NCBI GenBank assembly: GCA_030141605.1 | Contig: JAQGDQ010001268.1 | Span: 1 to 50,981, forward strand | Reading direction: 5' to 3' | Length of the DNA: 50,981 bases | Source: Tubiluchus corallicola | Taxonomy: Eukaryota; Animalia; Priapulida | Shown here: one piece after another, positions 1 to 14,623 of the stretch | Layout: every line of letters begins with the position of its first letter | Numbering within the stretch: position 1 is the first letter of the stretch | Translations under genes and position numbers: made by a program | Notes under the pieces: model-generated | Told to the model about the DNA's origin: nothing | The model's database searches: none | Seen by the model: only the letters and a program-made list of their open reading frames with translations

Positions 1-16
1 TACATATATTTTAATC

Positions 17-3000
17 ATGAATTTTAAACGAAAAATTTTAAGTTTTACTCAAAATAAACGAATATTGTGTAAAGACATTACAAACTCAGGACAGATGTGT
101 CCAGTGCCAATCTCTGGTACACTGAAACGTGTATGCACGTCTTGCTGCGTAATAATATCTCAAAATCGGATCGAAAATAACTCGTGCGTAAATTTTTGCT
201 ATTCTGCTTCTATTTTACAGTATTCATCTGTGAGAAAGTGCACACGTTCAGATACTAGAGATTTATACTACAAGTTTCAATACTCTCCTACTTTATTACG
301 TGTACTCCCCTACCTAATTAAAAATAATTGTAACCATGATTATTTTCTAACAGTATTGAAAATGTTGCTTATAATTGGTTGTACTGAAACTAATCCAGGT
401 CCCTTAAATCAAACCCCCACACAAAACAACATGGATCTAGAGCTGGCAGATTTTATGCAAAAACATAAAAAGAATTTGAAATTTCTATGTATCAATATAC
501 AAAGTCTGACAAAAAACATGCATTGCTTAAAGACACAGTTCGTTCATCTGAAAATTTAGTCGTTGGAATAACCGAAACTTGGCTACACAAACAAATACCT
601 AGTGCCTCCATACAACTGCCTCATCATACACTCATACGTCGAGACCGTCCCACACATAAACGTGGAGGAGGGGTTGCAATGTACATCCCAAAACACATGT
701 CATTTAACGAAGCCAAAGGAATTAAAACTAACAAAATAGAATCAATTTGGTACAATATCGGAAACTACATTGTAGGTGTCATTTATAAGCCACCAAATCA
801 AAAATATAAGACTTTTCTAAAACATTTTGAAATTGAACTTGAACGTGCTGTACTTGAAAGTACAAGAAAACTTCTCGTGTGATTATTCTGATCATGATTT
901 TATAATAATAGTAGACAAAACAAAACCAACCAAAAACAATACAGGCACAGTCTGGAAAACAGTCAGAGATTATTCTACATATAATAAAGATATATTTCAA
1001 GATACTTTAACCAAATTGGACTGGAGTAATATTTACACAATGACTGACATTGACATGCAAATAAACACATTAATAAATAATATGGAATACTGCCTGGATA
1101 TCTATGCACCGTATAAAAAAATTAAAATACATCAGCAGCAATTTAATGCAAAATCTGCCTGCCCTTGGGCGGATACAGAACTCGCAAAACTAAGACACAA
1201 TAAAAATGAATTATATAGAACATATTTACATTTAAAAGGTAAAATCAATTACAATAATTACAAAAAGGCACGAAATAAATTTAATAGCTACAACAGGAAA
1301 CTCAAAAATAAATATTATATTAATAAATGCAATGATGCAACTACACCTAAACAAAAATGGCGTTTAATTAATGACGTACTTAACAGATACAGAAACGATC
1401 AATTACAAATAAATAGTTTACGAGAAAATGGCAGTATAATGTCTGATCCAGTTGACATTGCTAACAAATTAAATTCCACATTTATCAATCTCGGAAAATT
1501 TGACAACTTGCCACACCAACATAATGCAAATATACACAATATATACAAAAACCAATCAGTAATACAATCCACTTTCTCATTTACTAGCGTCACAGAATAC
1601 GACATCTTTAGAATATTAAACAGTTTAAATATAAATAAAGGAAGTGGACCCTCAGACATGCCAATAAAGATCTTAAAAGACTGTGACAGCATCATTACTC
1701 CTCATCTAACATATATCACAAACCAAGTCTTAATGCGCTCAGAATTTCCAGCAGTGTGTAAACAAGCAAACATAACTCCAATACACAAGAAAGATGCTAA
1801 AGATGATGCTAAAAACTACAGACCAATCTCAGTAGTGCACGTACTAGCCAAAGTATTTGAAAGAGTTATCAACAACCAAATAAACCATTACATTGAAAAT
1901 AAAAAGTTACTGTCAAATCATCAATTTGGTTTTAGAAAACTCCATTCTACAATAGACGCGATAATTGATGCCACTGAAAAGTGGCGTTACAACTTAAATA
2001 AAAATAAATATATAACAGCAGCATTTTTAGATCTAAGTAAAGCTTTTGACAGCCTCGATCACAATTTACTGCTAGACAACTTACGCCAACTAGGATTCGA
2101 TTATACTTCTCTCAAACTAATTCATAATTACCTACACAATAGAAAACAAAGAGTCAAACTGAACAAACACACTTTTTCAACATGGGACACACCACAGAGA
2201 GGCATCCCACAAGGTACGATATTAGGTCCATTACTCTTTTGTTTATACGTTAATAAAATTCATTTAGTTTTACATAATTCAGACTTAACACAATATGCCG
2301 ATGATACAACACTCTATACAGCACACGCAGACTTTCTAACATCAAAAAATAATCTAGGAAAAGACATAACAAATATAAATGCAGCATTTAACTATTTTGG
2401 TTTAAAAATGAATGATGATAAGACAGAATTTATGGTAATATCACCCAAATCCAATGACATTACTTCTAATGCAACACAAAAAGTAGGTGACTGTTCCATA
2501 GAACAAGCAAAAACTGTAAAATTTTTAGGCATTACTGTCGACAATAAACTCACTTGGGATGAACAGTTTCATCAAATACACAACAAGATGGTGTTAAGCA
2601 CGACATTCTTACGCCAAACCAGAGGCCATCTAACCAAGAAAACAAAAATTCTCATCTACAAAAGTCTAATATTACCACATTATCTATATGGTTGCACTTT
2701 ACTTCAAAACGTTAAATATGAAAACTTTAGAAAACTAAATACAATGCAAAACTATGCACTTAGATTAATTCATGGCTACTCTAACAAAACTGCTAAACAA
2801 CATGCTGCTTCTGCAACAAGCTTAAGAACGTCCACAAAAATACCAATATTAGAAGCCTATCGAGATTACAAAACACTGATATTTCTTTATAAATATATAA
2901 ATAAACTGAGCATTCCATTTATAAACAATCCCTTAGCATTCATTCCTGATACCACATTGAACACTAGAACATACAATTTAAAGCAAATTACAGTAAACAA

Positions 3001-3540
3001 TAAATTTGGAAACAACTCTATATCAAAACAGGCCATACATTTATGGAACTTACTACCCAGTGAAATAAAACAAATAGAATCTCTCCACCACTTTAAAAAG
3101 AAATTAAAAGAATATCAATATAACAGGTTTCAACTTCCACATTGTGCATCTGATACTAATTACACGGACTCCACCTTCATATACCCCCGCCCCTGACTCC
3201 ATATAATGATTAAAAATGAAATTTTTTAAAAAAAATTATGTAATGTAATACGTGTTATGTTAGTTTCGTGTTTCGTAATGTTAAATGTATAAATAGTGTG
3301 CACTATGTAATGTAAAATTTAATGCACTTTCCTATAATTGTTTGTAAAAATATTTTAATATGGTATTTGTAAATATGTTCATTATATTGTATATAGTTTG
3401 CACTTTAGTTTTTTTAGTATGCACTGGACGCATTTGTCTTGAACAGTGTTGTTATTTTAACATTACGCTGAGGCTAACTCAATTTTATTATAATGAGGGA
3501 ACCGTTTTTATGACAAATAAAGAATTAATATATATATATA
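17..3540 (+). mobile_element. Non-LTR retrotransposon (CR1/L2-like), endonuclease + reverse transcriptase ORF, disrupted in the endonuclease part
   Basis: APE motifs (NIQSL, GITETWL, RRDR..GGGVAMY, IYKPP, SDH) are split across three ORFs (17-559, 487-882, 827-3196). RT motifs: NYRPIS, QFGFR, FLDLSKAFD, GIPQGTILGPLLF, YADD, FLG. C-terminus WNLLP..IK. AT-rich 3'UTR ends in AATAAA + (TA)n near 3540. Confidence 0.95.
827..3196 (+). pseudogene. Open RT-containing reading frame of the LINE (789 aa), out of frame with the upstream endonuclease
   Basis: Uninterrupted frame with all RT motifs. A frameshift at the A-run near 511-516 and a missing GDFN...LD segment at about 880 disconnect it from the N-terminus. 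Confidence 0.85.
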
Positions 3541-3808
3541 TTACGCACATTCTTGGTTTTTTCGATACGGTCAGTTAGTCAGTCAATGAAATACTCAGTC
3601 TGGAGAGTGAGTAATTATAATTAATTTGCTTACGAGTTTGGAAATAATGTTGTTCTTTTCTACATAGTTATATTGACAAAGATTTTACCAAGAAGTGTAT
3701 AACACCTTGATTGACAAAGTTAAAAAAAGTTCGTCTATAGAATGTGGGTTTCCAGTTCATATTCAGTATTTGAAAACTGATATACAGTAATTGGAAATAT
3801 TTAATTAA

Positions 3809-4264
3809 CCCTTTCATACCCGTTGTATCCCGTGGGATACGAGAATATTTTCTGCCTTTGAAATTAGTAAAACTTTAAAACTGACAGTTATTTGATCTGT
3901 TAATAGTTATTTTGATTTAAGCCAATAACAATAGACTAAAAATGGTGATAAAATGGCAAACTAGAAAATCTACATAGCATAAAAAACTGTGCAAGGTACA
4001 GTACTTTAGAGACGACTTTGTACAGATCAGCATAGCATGCATACTAAATGTCTTAAATACTTTAAAAAATTATCAGCAGTTGCAAAATGAAGCAGATTTT
4101 ATGCTTCCATTGAATCCCAATGTATCCCGTGGGATACAGGCTATATTTAGCAGGCGGGCACAGGTAGAAAAAATAATTATTATGTGTAAACAAGATGGAC
4201 ATACTGAACAAAAGTACCGAGCCAAAAAAAAATTTATTAAAAAAATAATTTGGGACTGAAAGGG
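3809..4264. mobile_element. piggyBac-type MITE, copy 1
   Basis: TTAA at 3805-3808 and 4265-4268. Termini CCCTTTCA.../...TGAAAGGG. Internal palindromes GTATCCCGTGGGATAC. Homologous inverted copy at 30355-30778. Confidence 0.85.
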
Positions 4265-4687
4265 TTAAGATGATTTTGCTTTAGGCTCCTACTCTTCGTT
4301 TCCCTGAGGCTAATGTAATGTAATGTATATGTAATTCAGAAATGTATAAATATCGTTTTAATACTGTATAAAACGAAACAAAAATATATGTAATTTTAAT
4401 GTTGTAATTGTAATTTTAAACAAGCAGACATGCGAAAGTTTATACATAAACTTGATGAAAACCTTAACAAAAAACAAATATTTTTTGCATAGTAATATCC
4501 TAAAATTGTCGCAGTTCAAGCTTGATCCATTCAGGTAAGCTCGTGACAACTGACAACAAATTTGAGAGACGCAATACTTTCTCTACTAGTGTTCAAACGT
4601 TTGCGCATGCCCGCATGCGCACAAGAACCAAACACCTCGTAGCAAAAGCGCACTGTGCTGAGCTGTGAAGCAAACAGTACTACTCTC

Positions 4688-5083
4688 TAGAGGTGAGCAT
4701 TCTCTACCAGAAAGCGAATTCGAATCGAACCAAATTTGTGACTTTCGAATTCGAATCGAACCGAACTCCAATGTTTCGAATTCGAATTGAGATTGAAAGA
4801 TTTTCGAACAAGTTTTCGAACCACCAGTAAAAATTAGTCTTACAAAGATCATACATATCACTCACTTTTGTTCTGCAATAAAACGACTAGTAATTTGTTT
4901 AAAATTGTGTGCAGAAATTACAGCTAAATTATGAAAATTGCATGATGTTTCAATCGCTATAATGATCAAGAACATATGTGATTGAAGTGCGAAATTATTC
5001 GAATCTATAGTTTTGGATTCGAATGGAGTTCGAACTGAAAGAACTCGTTCCAATCGAATTCGAGCGTTCGATGCTCACCCCTA
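4688..5083. mobile_element. hAT-type MITE (TTCGAA-rich family), copy 1
   Basis: TIR TAG(G/A)GGTGAGCAT...ATGCTCACCCCTA. Perfect 8-bp TSD CTACTCTC (4680-4687 and 5084-5091). Four copies in the window. Confidence 0.9.
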
Positions 5084-5877
5084 CTACTCTCACGTGCTCT
5101 GGTTCTGTACATGTATAAAGAAAGAACTAAAGAAAAAAGACTTATTATGTTAAACATTATCAATAATATCGAGTGAAAATAGGGGGTGTTGCAGTTTTAT
5201 ACATGGTCATAGTTCCTATACACGAGCCGCCACTGTGAGTACATTTCTTAACAATTTTTGAAATGTGCACGGCACTAATTCTATTACTATACCTGTAACG
5301 TCTTGGTAACATTTGTAACTTTGTTAGAAACTTTATAGAACATTTAACATAAATCTTTCTTGCTTATTAATCTGTTTATTCACAAAGACTGCTGCCATGA
5401 TAACTCTGGAGAATGTAACGCCTTGTGGCTTGCCCGCTAAAAACAGTGAGGGGAAACCTTAGTGAGCACAAACATTAAAATATAAACCATAGATAAGAAC
5501 ACGTCACAATACCTAGCATTTCATACAGTTTCACCACTCATGTTAACTACATATTATTAGAATTATAATTACAGCTTTGATTTAATTGCACCATTAAAAG
5601 GAAAACTTTGCCAGACAACAGTTTATCTGCAGTTTATTTACTATCCTCTCATATTTACCGTGTTGTGTTTGATCTTTAATAATTGTGTTGCTTATTAAAT
5701 AAAGTCTTGATAGTTTGCCATGCAAATCGTGGCTACCTCACACGCCACGCAATAAACAACAATAATCAGCAAGCAGCTTTAACCACAAGAATAAATAAAC
5801 TCCAATCAAATTATTTTACTGTATCACTGTAGAAAATGAATAGAGCTTGTCTAGGAAATTCTTTCAAAGAGGACTTA

Positions 5878-6334
5878 CAAATTATTACACTCGAGAATAA
5901 GATTCTGACAACAGACTCTTGATAAATTAAATGAAATACCTCTGCCCGAAAACCTTAATATAGCTGTCTTAGGAAATAATGATCTGTTGAAGTTGTTATT
6001 ATTCGGTAAAGATGAATTTAAATATGTTGTTAACTGTAAAATATTCCAATGTATACATGACTTTATATTATGTACTAAACGCTTCCAGTAGTTTCTATTT
6101 GATATAAAATGCATCATTCTTAAATAATCGTACATCAATATTTACTAACCGTCATTTTTTACTAGTGTCTAATGTATCACTGTAGTAAAACTTTGGTATA
6201 CTAAAAACTAAGTATAGTCTATTCTGACTGTAAATGTTCTTGTAAATAGTGTATAAAGTCTGTTGTGGTGAGGATCCTAAATCATGTTGTACAAACTGCC
6301 TGATCCAATCCTAAATAAAATATGTTTAAACTAC
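5878..6334 (+). mobile_element. 3' fragment of a LINE (ORF2 C-terminus + 3'UTR)
   Basis: Frame reads ...LDKLNEIPLPENLNIAVLGNNDLLKLLLFGKDEFKYVVNCKIFQCIHDFILCTKRFQ* (stop 6089-6091), a typical non-LTR ORF2 ending. It is followed by AATAAA and a TAAAC tail. The last ~75 bp recur at 6700-6780. Confidence 0.65.
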
Positions 6335-6691
<357 letters not shown>

Positions 6692-6789
6692 CATAGTAGA
6701 CTGTTGTGGTGAGGATCTTAAATCATGTTGTAGAAACTGCCTGATCCAATCCTAAATAAATTATGTTTAAACTAAACTAACAAACTCAC

Positions 6790-7542
6790 CTGTTACACTA
6801 ATTGATATTTTACTAGGCGGCTTTCGGGGATTAAGTATTGGCTTTGTCATCTTCTCTATACCCGTAGCATCAATAACAATAGATTCGATCTTGATAAGGT
6901 TACTGAGGTCCAGATTTAGTGTTTGCAACCGCCGGCAGGAAGAAATACGTATCTCTTTCACGTATCTCAGTTTAAAAAATGCATTTGAATGAATCGTCTG
7001 CAAGTCGGGGCTTGATAATATGAGCAGTTTATCTTTTACGTTGCCAACTATTGCATTTTGCCCGAGTTCAACAAGCTTGGAATCAATGATCAGCAATTCC
7101 GACAGGAACTTTCCTGCAAGAAACCCGGCAGGAAGTTGTGCATCGCTATAACGGTAAATTCTTAACTCATTTACATAACATGGCAATTTATTGGAAATTT
7201 TTTTTAATCTTGCTTTGTCTATCTTTGCTCCAGATTCTCCACATACAATATTGCATTTGCCACCATTTGGTAGCCAAGTGTCTGTTTTCCAACTAGTGCA
7301 TCCCACTACATACAGATCACATGGGTATTTGGTTTTTGGCGTCGCTGCTGGCAGAAATGTGGTTGTTGTCATGTCAGGACATTTTAGGCGCTCAGCCCAC
7401 TCTTCTGTGAAATCTCTGAGTTTGGTGCATATGTAACTGTGACTATCAAGTTCACATGGGATTTTGCATTGAACTGCAGAGAATTTCCAATCAACAAGCT
7501 TCGCCCATCTGTTTACGCAGGCGCAGCGGAATGATCGGTTAC
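6790..7542 (-). CDS. LRR gene exon 4 (LRRCT-like cap + Thr linker + Cys cap + LRRs)
   Basis: Acceptor ttttacag|, donor G|gtgagt. 753 bp, phase 1-1. Open frame GNRSFRCACVNRW...CKIP...CPDMTTTT...CNIVCG...ELRIYRY...ISISVTG. Confidence 0.85.
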
Positions 7543-7579
7543 CTGTAAAATAACGCAGTAGTCTATGACTAACAATAGT

Positions 7580-7705
7580 GATGATGATGATGATGACGAT
7601 GACGATGGTGATGATGATGATGATTATAATGATGATGATGACGATGACGATGATGATGATGATGATGATGATTATAATGATGATGATGATGATGATGATG
7701 CTGAT
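7580..7705. repeat. (GAT)n microsatellite
   Basis: Direct reading. Confidence 0.9.
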
Positions 7706-7801
7706 GGTAATTCAAATAAAACATCTCTCATCACAAATCAAAACGTCTGCAACAGAAATTAAGAACATTGTTTAAAATCCCAATTTTACAAGCACATAAA
7801 G

Positions 7802-8300
7802 CAGGGGTGTGCAAATTGCGGCCCGCGGGCCACTTGCGGCGCACCGAGAGATTTTGTGCGGCCCGCAAAGAGATTTGTCAACCTAATGAAAGTGCGGCCC
7901 GGGCGATTAATGGAGTGCATCCAGCTGAAGTCCGTGCCACGATCCCAAAGATAGTGCGGATAGTTTTTTCTACTAGATCGGATGCCATTAACCCTTACAA
8001 GACGGTTGTAGCTTAATGTCACTGTACTACACAGACTGTGTGATACACATTACTAATATGCATTGTAATGAAATTACCACTATGTCCTGAAAGTAGAAAT
8101 ATATGGTTTGTAATATAAATTTTAATAACTTCTAAAATAGTTTCCTGAGTGCAGTAGTAATGATGTACTCAGGTCGGATGCAAAAAAAATCATTATTAGG
8201 CCTTTCTGTACTTGGCTCCTTGATCAAACTGCCTGTGGCCCGCAGGAATTGCGGGAAAGTTTAATGTGGCCCGGCTAGTCAGATAATTTGCACACCCCTG
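7802..8300. mobile_element. hAT/Charlie-like non-autonomous element
   Basis: TIR CAGGGGTGTGCAAATT...AATTTGCACACCCCTG with subterminal GCGGCCCGC motifs. TSD not recognisable. Confidence 0.7.
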
Positions 8301-8332
8301 ATCTACTGTCTTTAAATAGTAAAACGTAATAC

Positions 8333-9004
8333 CTGTGATTACTAATGAAATATCCCTAGGCGAACGCTGAAAATGCAACTTCGGCATATCCATATTTATA
8401 ATTCCCGTTCCTTGAATCTCGATTCTCTGTATCTCCAAATTGTTGGATAAGTCTAGATTAATGATTTCGAGCTTTTTGCAGCGTCGTATTATGATGATCT
8501 TGACAGCGTTCATTCGCTGAAATGCTTTGGAGCCAAGCGTTGTTAAGCTCGGGTGCATCTCTAACCTTATGGTGTCAGCAACACTAGCAGAAATTGATGA
8601 ATCGTGAATGACTTCAAGTCTGGAATTTACAATCGTCAACTTGTCCAATTTCTTTCCCCTCAGCCAACCGCTAGGCAATTGGCTGGATTGATATTTATGA
8701 ATTCTAAGCTCTCGGATAAAGGGAGCACTCGTTCTGTCGATCACTCTTAGATCCTCTAGACGCAATTCCTCCCCGTCCCTCTTTCCACACCAGAGCCTAC
8801 AGCCACGTTTCTGGTCATTTACCGCTTCGACGTAACAATGGTCATTTTGTACTCCACACTTATGTTCCTTACATTTCATGAACTGTCCAAGTTGTATCTC
8901 ATTAACTGTGTATTTTAACGGTGGGTTTGCACAGTCAACTACTGAACGTCTAAAGCCTTCAGTTTTTGTCCACTGCATGCTACAATCACAGAATAGCTGA
9001 TTAT
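8333..9004 (-). CDS. LRR gene exon 3
   Basis: Acceptor ttattgcag|, donor G|gtatta. 672 bp, phase 1-1. DNQLFCDCSMQW...CANPP...CRLWCG...ELRIHKY...LDLSNNLEI...ISLVITG. Confidence 0.85.
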
Positions 9005-9054
9005 CTGCAATAAGATTAACAGAAGATCTGATAGATCATGATCTGATAGATAAA

Positions 9055-9065
9055 TAATAATAATG

Positions 9066-9129
<64 letters not shown>

Positions 9130-9159
9130 CAGCAGTAGTAGTAGTGTAGTAGTAGTAGC

Positions 9160-9206
<47 letters not shown>

Positions 9207-9292
9207 TAGTAGTAGTAGTACTATTGTCATCATCATCTTCACCATCACCACCATCATCATTTTATCATCACTATCATCGTCATCATTATTAT
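9055..9292. repeat. (TAG)n / (CAT)n microsatellite
   Basis: Direct reading. Confidence 0.9.
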
Positions 9293-9614
9293 AACTCTTT
9301 GTTATGAGCACATGCAAGCACACACCATCTCCATCTGCAGGGCAATACAGTAAACAATATTTACATGTCATTTTTAACAACTTACAGTTTCTGTGCTAGC
9401 AGGGTTAACATACATTCATATTGATTGCCTAAACAGTTTTCTGCCGTTTAGTGACAAAAGGAAATTATCTAAGAAAATATTAGCAAAACTAATTAGTGCC
9501 AAATTATCACGACATGTAATTTACATTGTGCTGTAATACGTTTACAAGGTTTTTCCTTTTAATGCGATCCCCTAATTTGCTTTGAAATAGTACAGGATGT
9601 TGTACTTGCTTAGC

Positions 9615-10163
9615 CTCTTAACATTTGTTTACCAACAGACGTGGCACGGCAATTCATTGCAAATGATGGTCCAAGGGTTTGGAATGACATAAATGATGAA
9701 TTAAAAACTGTTCAGCCAATTCAAAAATTTAAAAAGAAATACAGAGCAATGATTCTCAACAAGTATAACACTTTCTAATTTCCCACACCTACTGCAGCAG
9801 TCATACCACAATCCTGGAACAGATTATGCAAAACAAGGCATCATTGATAAATCTTTAGAGCTGATGTCAACATAGCACAATCTATTATCTTTCTTCCTAC
9901 CATTTCCACTAACACACCCTTCTACCCTTCCTGTGTGATCTAACCTTTCTCCCAGTTCTTTTTTGTTCACTCATCCATTCTTTTTTTTCAGGTTCACATG
10001 AGAGTGGGCTTATACAAGCCTTTGCTTCTCTAGCCCACTGCAGTACAATTATTCTTTTATGATAACGATAGTGAATGAAACATAACAATTTGATATAGCA
10101 GATTTAATATTTTGATGTCACTGTGTGCTTGATATTGTACTGAATGTGATAATAATAATAAAT
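9615..10163 (+). mobile_element. 3' fragment of a CR1/L2-like LINE
   Basis: Frame ...ARQFIANDGPRVWNDINDELKTVQPIQKFKKKYRAMILNKYNTF* (stop 9776-9778), then 3'UTR with (TAA)n tail. The UTR recurs inverted at about 38190-38493. Confidence 0.75.
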
Positions 10164-10225
10164 CATGACAGCTGCATAATGATGAACCACTTTATTGAAA
10201 TAGTAACGGGAAACACAGAACTTAC

Positions 10226-10915
10226 CTGTTAGGTATATTGCTATATTTTCTGGCGGCATGCTTTGGAATGGCATACTAACTGCCGTTACACGTGTTCTGG
10301 ATACTGTAAGGCTCGCAATCTTGAGATTATAAGAAAGATCCAAGTCTAACACAGTCAGGCCCCGACAATTGAAAATGTAAATATTTTTAACGTCTTCCAT
10401 CCGTCCAAATGCTCTGGCGGATATGTGAGAAATGCAACCGCTGTGCAGTAATCCTATAGAAGATGTAACATTTGCATATATAAATCCGTCATCCACAGTT
10501 CTAAGTTGAAATAACTCGTACAGTTCTAATGTCCCAATTGTTTTGCCTTGTAAGTAGTTGTCAGGAAATGCTTCTTCTGCAAATCTCCACAGTTGTAACT
10601 CCTCCACATAATCTGGTAGACCATTTTCTATTTCTATTACATCAACATTAAAGAGACGTTTAGTTCTGCCACACACGAGTTTGCATGGATCTTTATTTAT
10701 TATTTGACATGGAATTCCACGTACATTCGGTCCACAAGGTCTTGGAGGCGGTGCTGGCGGCGGAGGAGTGGGTGGAGTAGGTTTGCGGAGACATATTACC
10801 TCAAAATCTTCAAATCGTACATCTCTTATTTCTGGCTCTTTACAGTCCACAATCGATACATTCCAGTTTTCGAATTTTGTCCATCGCATGTCACAATTGC
10901 AAACAAGTTGATTTT
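10226..10915 (-). CDS. LRR gene exon 2
   Basis: Acceptor tattttag|, donor G|gtaagt. 690 bp, phase 1-1. ENQLVCNCDMRW...CKEP...Pro-rich linker KPTPPTPPPPAPPPRP...CKLVCG...LDLSYNLKI...IAIYLTG. Confidence 0.88.
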
Positions 10916-10928
10916 CTAAAATACGAAA

Positions 10929-11935
<1,007 letters not shown>

Positions 11936-12059
11936 TGCAGTTTATCATTTTTATGAATTTTTGCATTATTTCCCAAAATTGATGCTGAAAATTACCGCAA
12001 ATGCTAAATAATGATTTATTACAGTACTTTTTTACAATGGTACTCTTTTGCTGTCATAG

Positions 12060-12095
12060 CACACACACACGCACGCACACACACGCACGCACACG

Positions 12096-12144
<49 letters not shown>

Positions 12145-12193
12145 ACATACATGCACTCTCTCTCTGTCTCTCTCTCTCTCTCTCTCCTCTCTC

Positions 12194-12252
<59 letters not shown>

Positions 12253-12272
12253 CTCCTCTTTCCTCTCTCTCC
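12060..12272. repeat. (CA)n + (CT)n compound microsatellite
   Basis: Direct reading. Confidence 0.9.
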
Positions 12273-12434
12273 CTTTTTCGGCCATTCATTCATCCCTCTA
12301 TCTCGTGAATTCTGTCTGTTTGACTGTCTACCTGTCTGTCTGTTTCCATCAATCGACAATTGATTGAACGACTTGTCGATCTGTTTCATGCTTTGTTTCT
12401 TAACAGCTATGAAAATCACTGAAAGAGAATTTAC

Positions 12435-13092
12435 CTCTAAGATATAATCGCAGTTTGGGAGGAGAAAGAAAATAATTATATTTCGGTTTTTCTAAAGAAT
12501 CTGTAGCAGTTTCATTAATAACAATCATCTGTAGAGCTGAACTCCATGATAAATCCAGAGAGGATATAGCGAGAAGTGGTGAGCTGGCAATGGTCAACTC
12601 TTTGAGATTTTCGAGAAGTATGAAAGCTCTAGGATGTAATATTTCCAAAACGCTGTTTAAAAGTAACTGCAGGTATTCAACGGGTCCTGCAAAGTTATTC
12701 TCATATATGGTGGTGAGTTTATCACTAAGTCTAATGTCCAAAGTAGAAATGTGCTTTTGACGTTGTAAAAATCGATCAGGTAACGCCCAGACACCGTAGT
12801 AAAATATCTTTAAAGAATACAAGTGGTCCCCGTCATAAACAATGTGATTAATCGTGTCCAAATCAAGCGTTTCATTGACACCGCACCAGACACTACAAAA
12901 ATATGCATCGTCATCGCTGTGCCCTTCTGTTATTACTTCGAAAGAGCAGTTCTGGGGACGATCCTCAACGGTTTTACACGGGGATAGGACAATAGTTGGA
13001 GTCCAGGAGGTGGGATGCGATTCGGAAAACAAAATGTCAGATGAAGCAGTAAGAAAGAATGATACAGTAAGTGAAATGAAATTGCCATACAT
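12435..13092 (-). CDS. LRR gene first coding exon (probable signal peptide + Cys cap + LRRs)
   Basis: ATG at 13092-13090, hydrophobic N-terminus MYGNFISLTVSFFLTASS, CSVWCG cap, LRR-like repeats (LEILHPRAFILLENLKELTI). Donor G|gtaaat in phase 1, matching exon 2. Confidence 0.8.
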
Positions 13093-13387
13093 CTTTGAGT
13101 CTCATTTAAACAACATCAAACTACAGTAGCTACCAGAGACACTTTGATTCTAAAGTAATTAGAATGATTAAGCAAAGACAGATACAAACGCGCTAACTTG
13201 CATTGTTTCAAGAGATAGAACCCACTGTTTCATTTTCTCCATTTCTGAGAATTATTTATTATTTGCTTGTGACATCATAATCATCATTCCATTGTATTGA
13301 TTTCATTCGTGGAAAGACAATATTGTTAACCTTCTGCTGCTTCGTTCCTTGGCTCTTCTCCAAGATGAAGTATCTTTCCGAGTTTAA

Positions 13388-13532
13388 CCCTTTCAATCCC
13401 AAATTATATTTTAATAAGAAAATTTTTTTGGCTTGGTACTTTTGTTCAGTATGTCCATCTTGTTTACACATAATAATTATTTTTTTCTATCTGTGCCCGC
13501 GTGCTAAATATAGCCTGTATCCCACGGGATAC
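13388..13532. mobile_element. Truncated piggyBac-type MITE end
   Basis: TTAA-CCCTTTCA end followed by the reverse complement of about 4120-4264. Other end absent. Confidence 0.75.
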
Positions 13533-13890
13533 TTCGAGATATTTTTGAAGCAAATTCGCCCATGTACGTATTCTGTACGTGGTCTCTTGATCTTTTTGGT
13601 AGTAGAATTGATTCATGGAAAGCTTTAGGAAGCGGTCTATCTTCTGGTAATCTCAGAGCTGGATCCACCCATTTAAGCCTTCTGCGTTTAATCTTCCTGG
13701 CACGGTTAATTTTCCTGGTAAAAATTTTGTTTCTTATAAGTTTTTTGAAAGAATAATATTATTGCTCAAAGCATTTTTTGAACCATCAGCAACTAACTGC
13801 ATTGTGACGAATAGACATTTGTTAATAAAAGAGATTTGACTGAAACAGATGTTTTTCAAAACTTTAAATTTGCCTAGCCTTGAGAAACCA

Positions 13891-13982
13891 TCATTTACAT
13901 GGTAATTCTGTATCATTTACGTGGTAATTCTGTATCATTTACGTGGTAATTCTGTATCATTTATGTGGTAATTCTGTATCAT
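13891..13982. repeat. 22-bp minisatellite x4 (ATCATTTACGTGGTAATTCTGT)
   Basis: Direct reading. Confidence 0.85.
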
Positions 13983-14623
13983 GCTGTGATGTTTTAATCT
14001 CTATATAGCGCCGAAGGTGCTTACTTATCTTTCTATTGCGAAATCTATACAGACACATATCCATGGTGAAGTATTACAATGTACGTATACATTGCATGTG
14101 TTATAGGTCTGAAAGACCTATTTTTAAAAGTTTTTGTAATTTGGCATATGTGAAGGATTTTAGGTTAATTTATTACTTCAGTGTTCTCTCATTCTGTAAA
14201 ACCCCCCATACTGTCCTTTTAACTGCATTCGTGTTTATGTCTTAACTTGGCTTCTTTCTGTCATGCTCTGCTGATAGAGCTAGTTTACCTGGCTAGTTGG
14301 CAGTCTGTTCTTGGCTAACAGAGTCATTGTTGTTGTTTGTCTCAGTTAAACCATTTATTTGTCAAGAGTAGTAGAGACATGATGTAAGTTTATTTTGATT
14401 GTTCAGTCTGACTTTATTATTAATTTCCTTGTTTATTTTGGGCTCAAATTAGTTTGTTATATTTTGTTGTGATTATAAAAGGACAATCCCGTTAAGCACT
14501 GAAAAGAGCAGCACGCATGGTGGACGTGAGAGCACGACAGAGACGTAGTAAACTACGTGTTCACAGCTTTTATAGCAAGTGACTTTGCGCATGCGCAAAG
14601 TCAACCTTGACTAAGCGTGCCCG

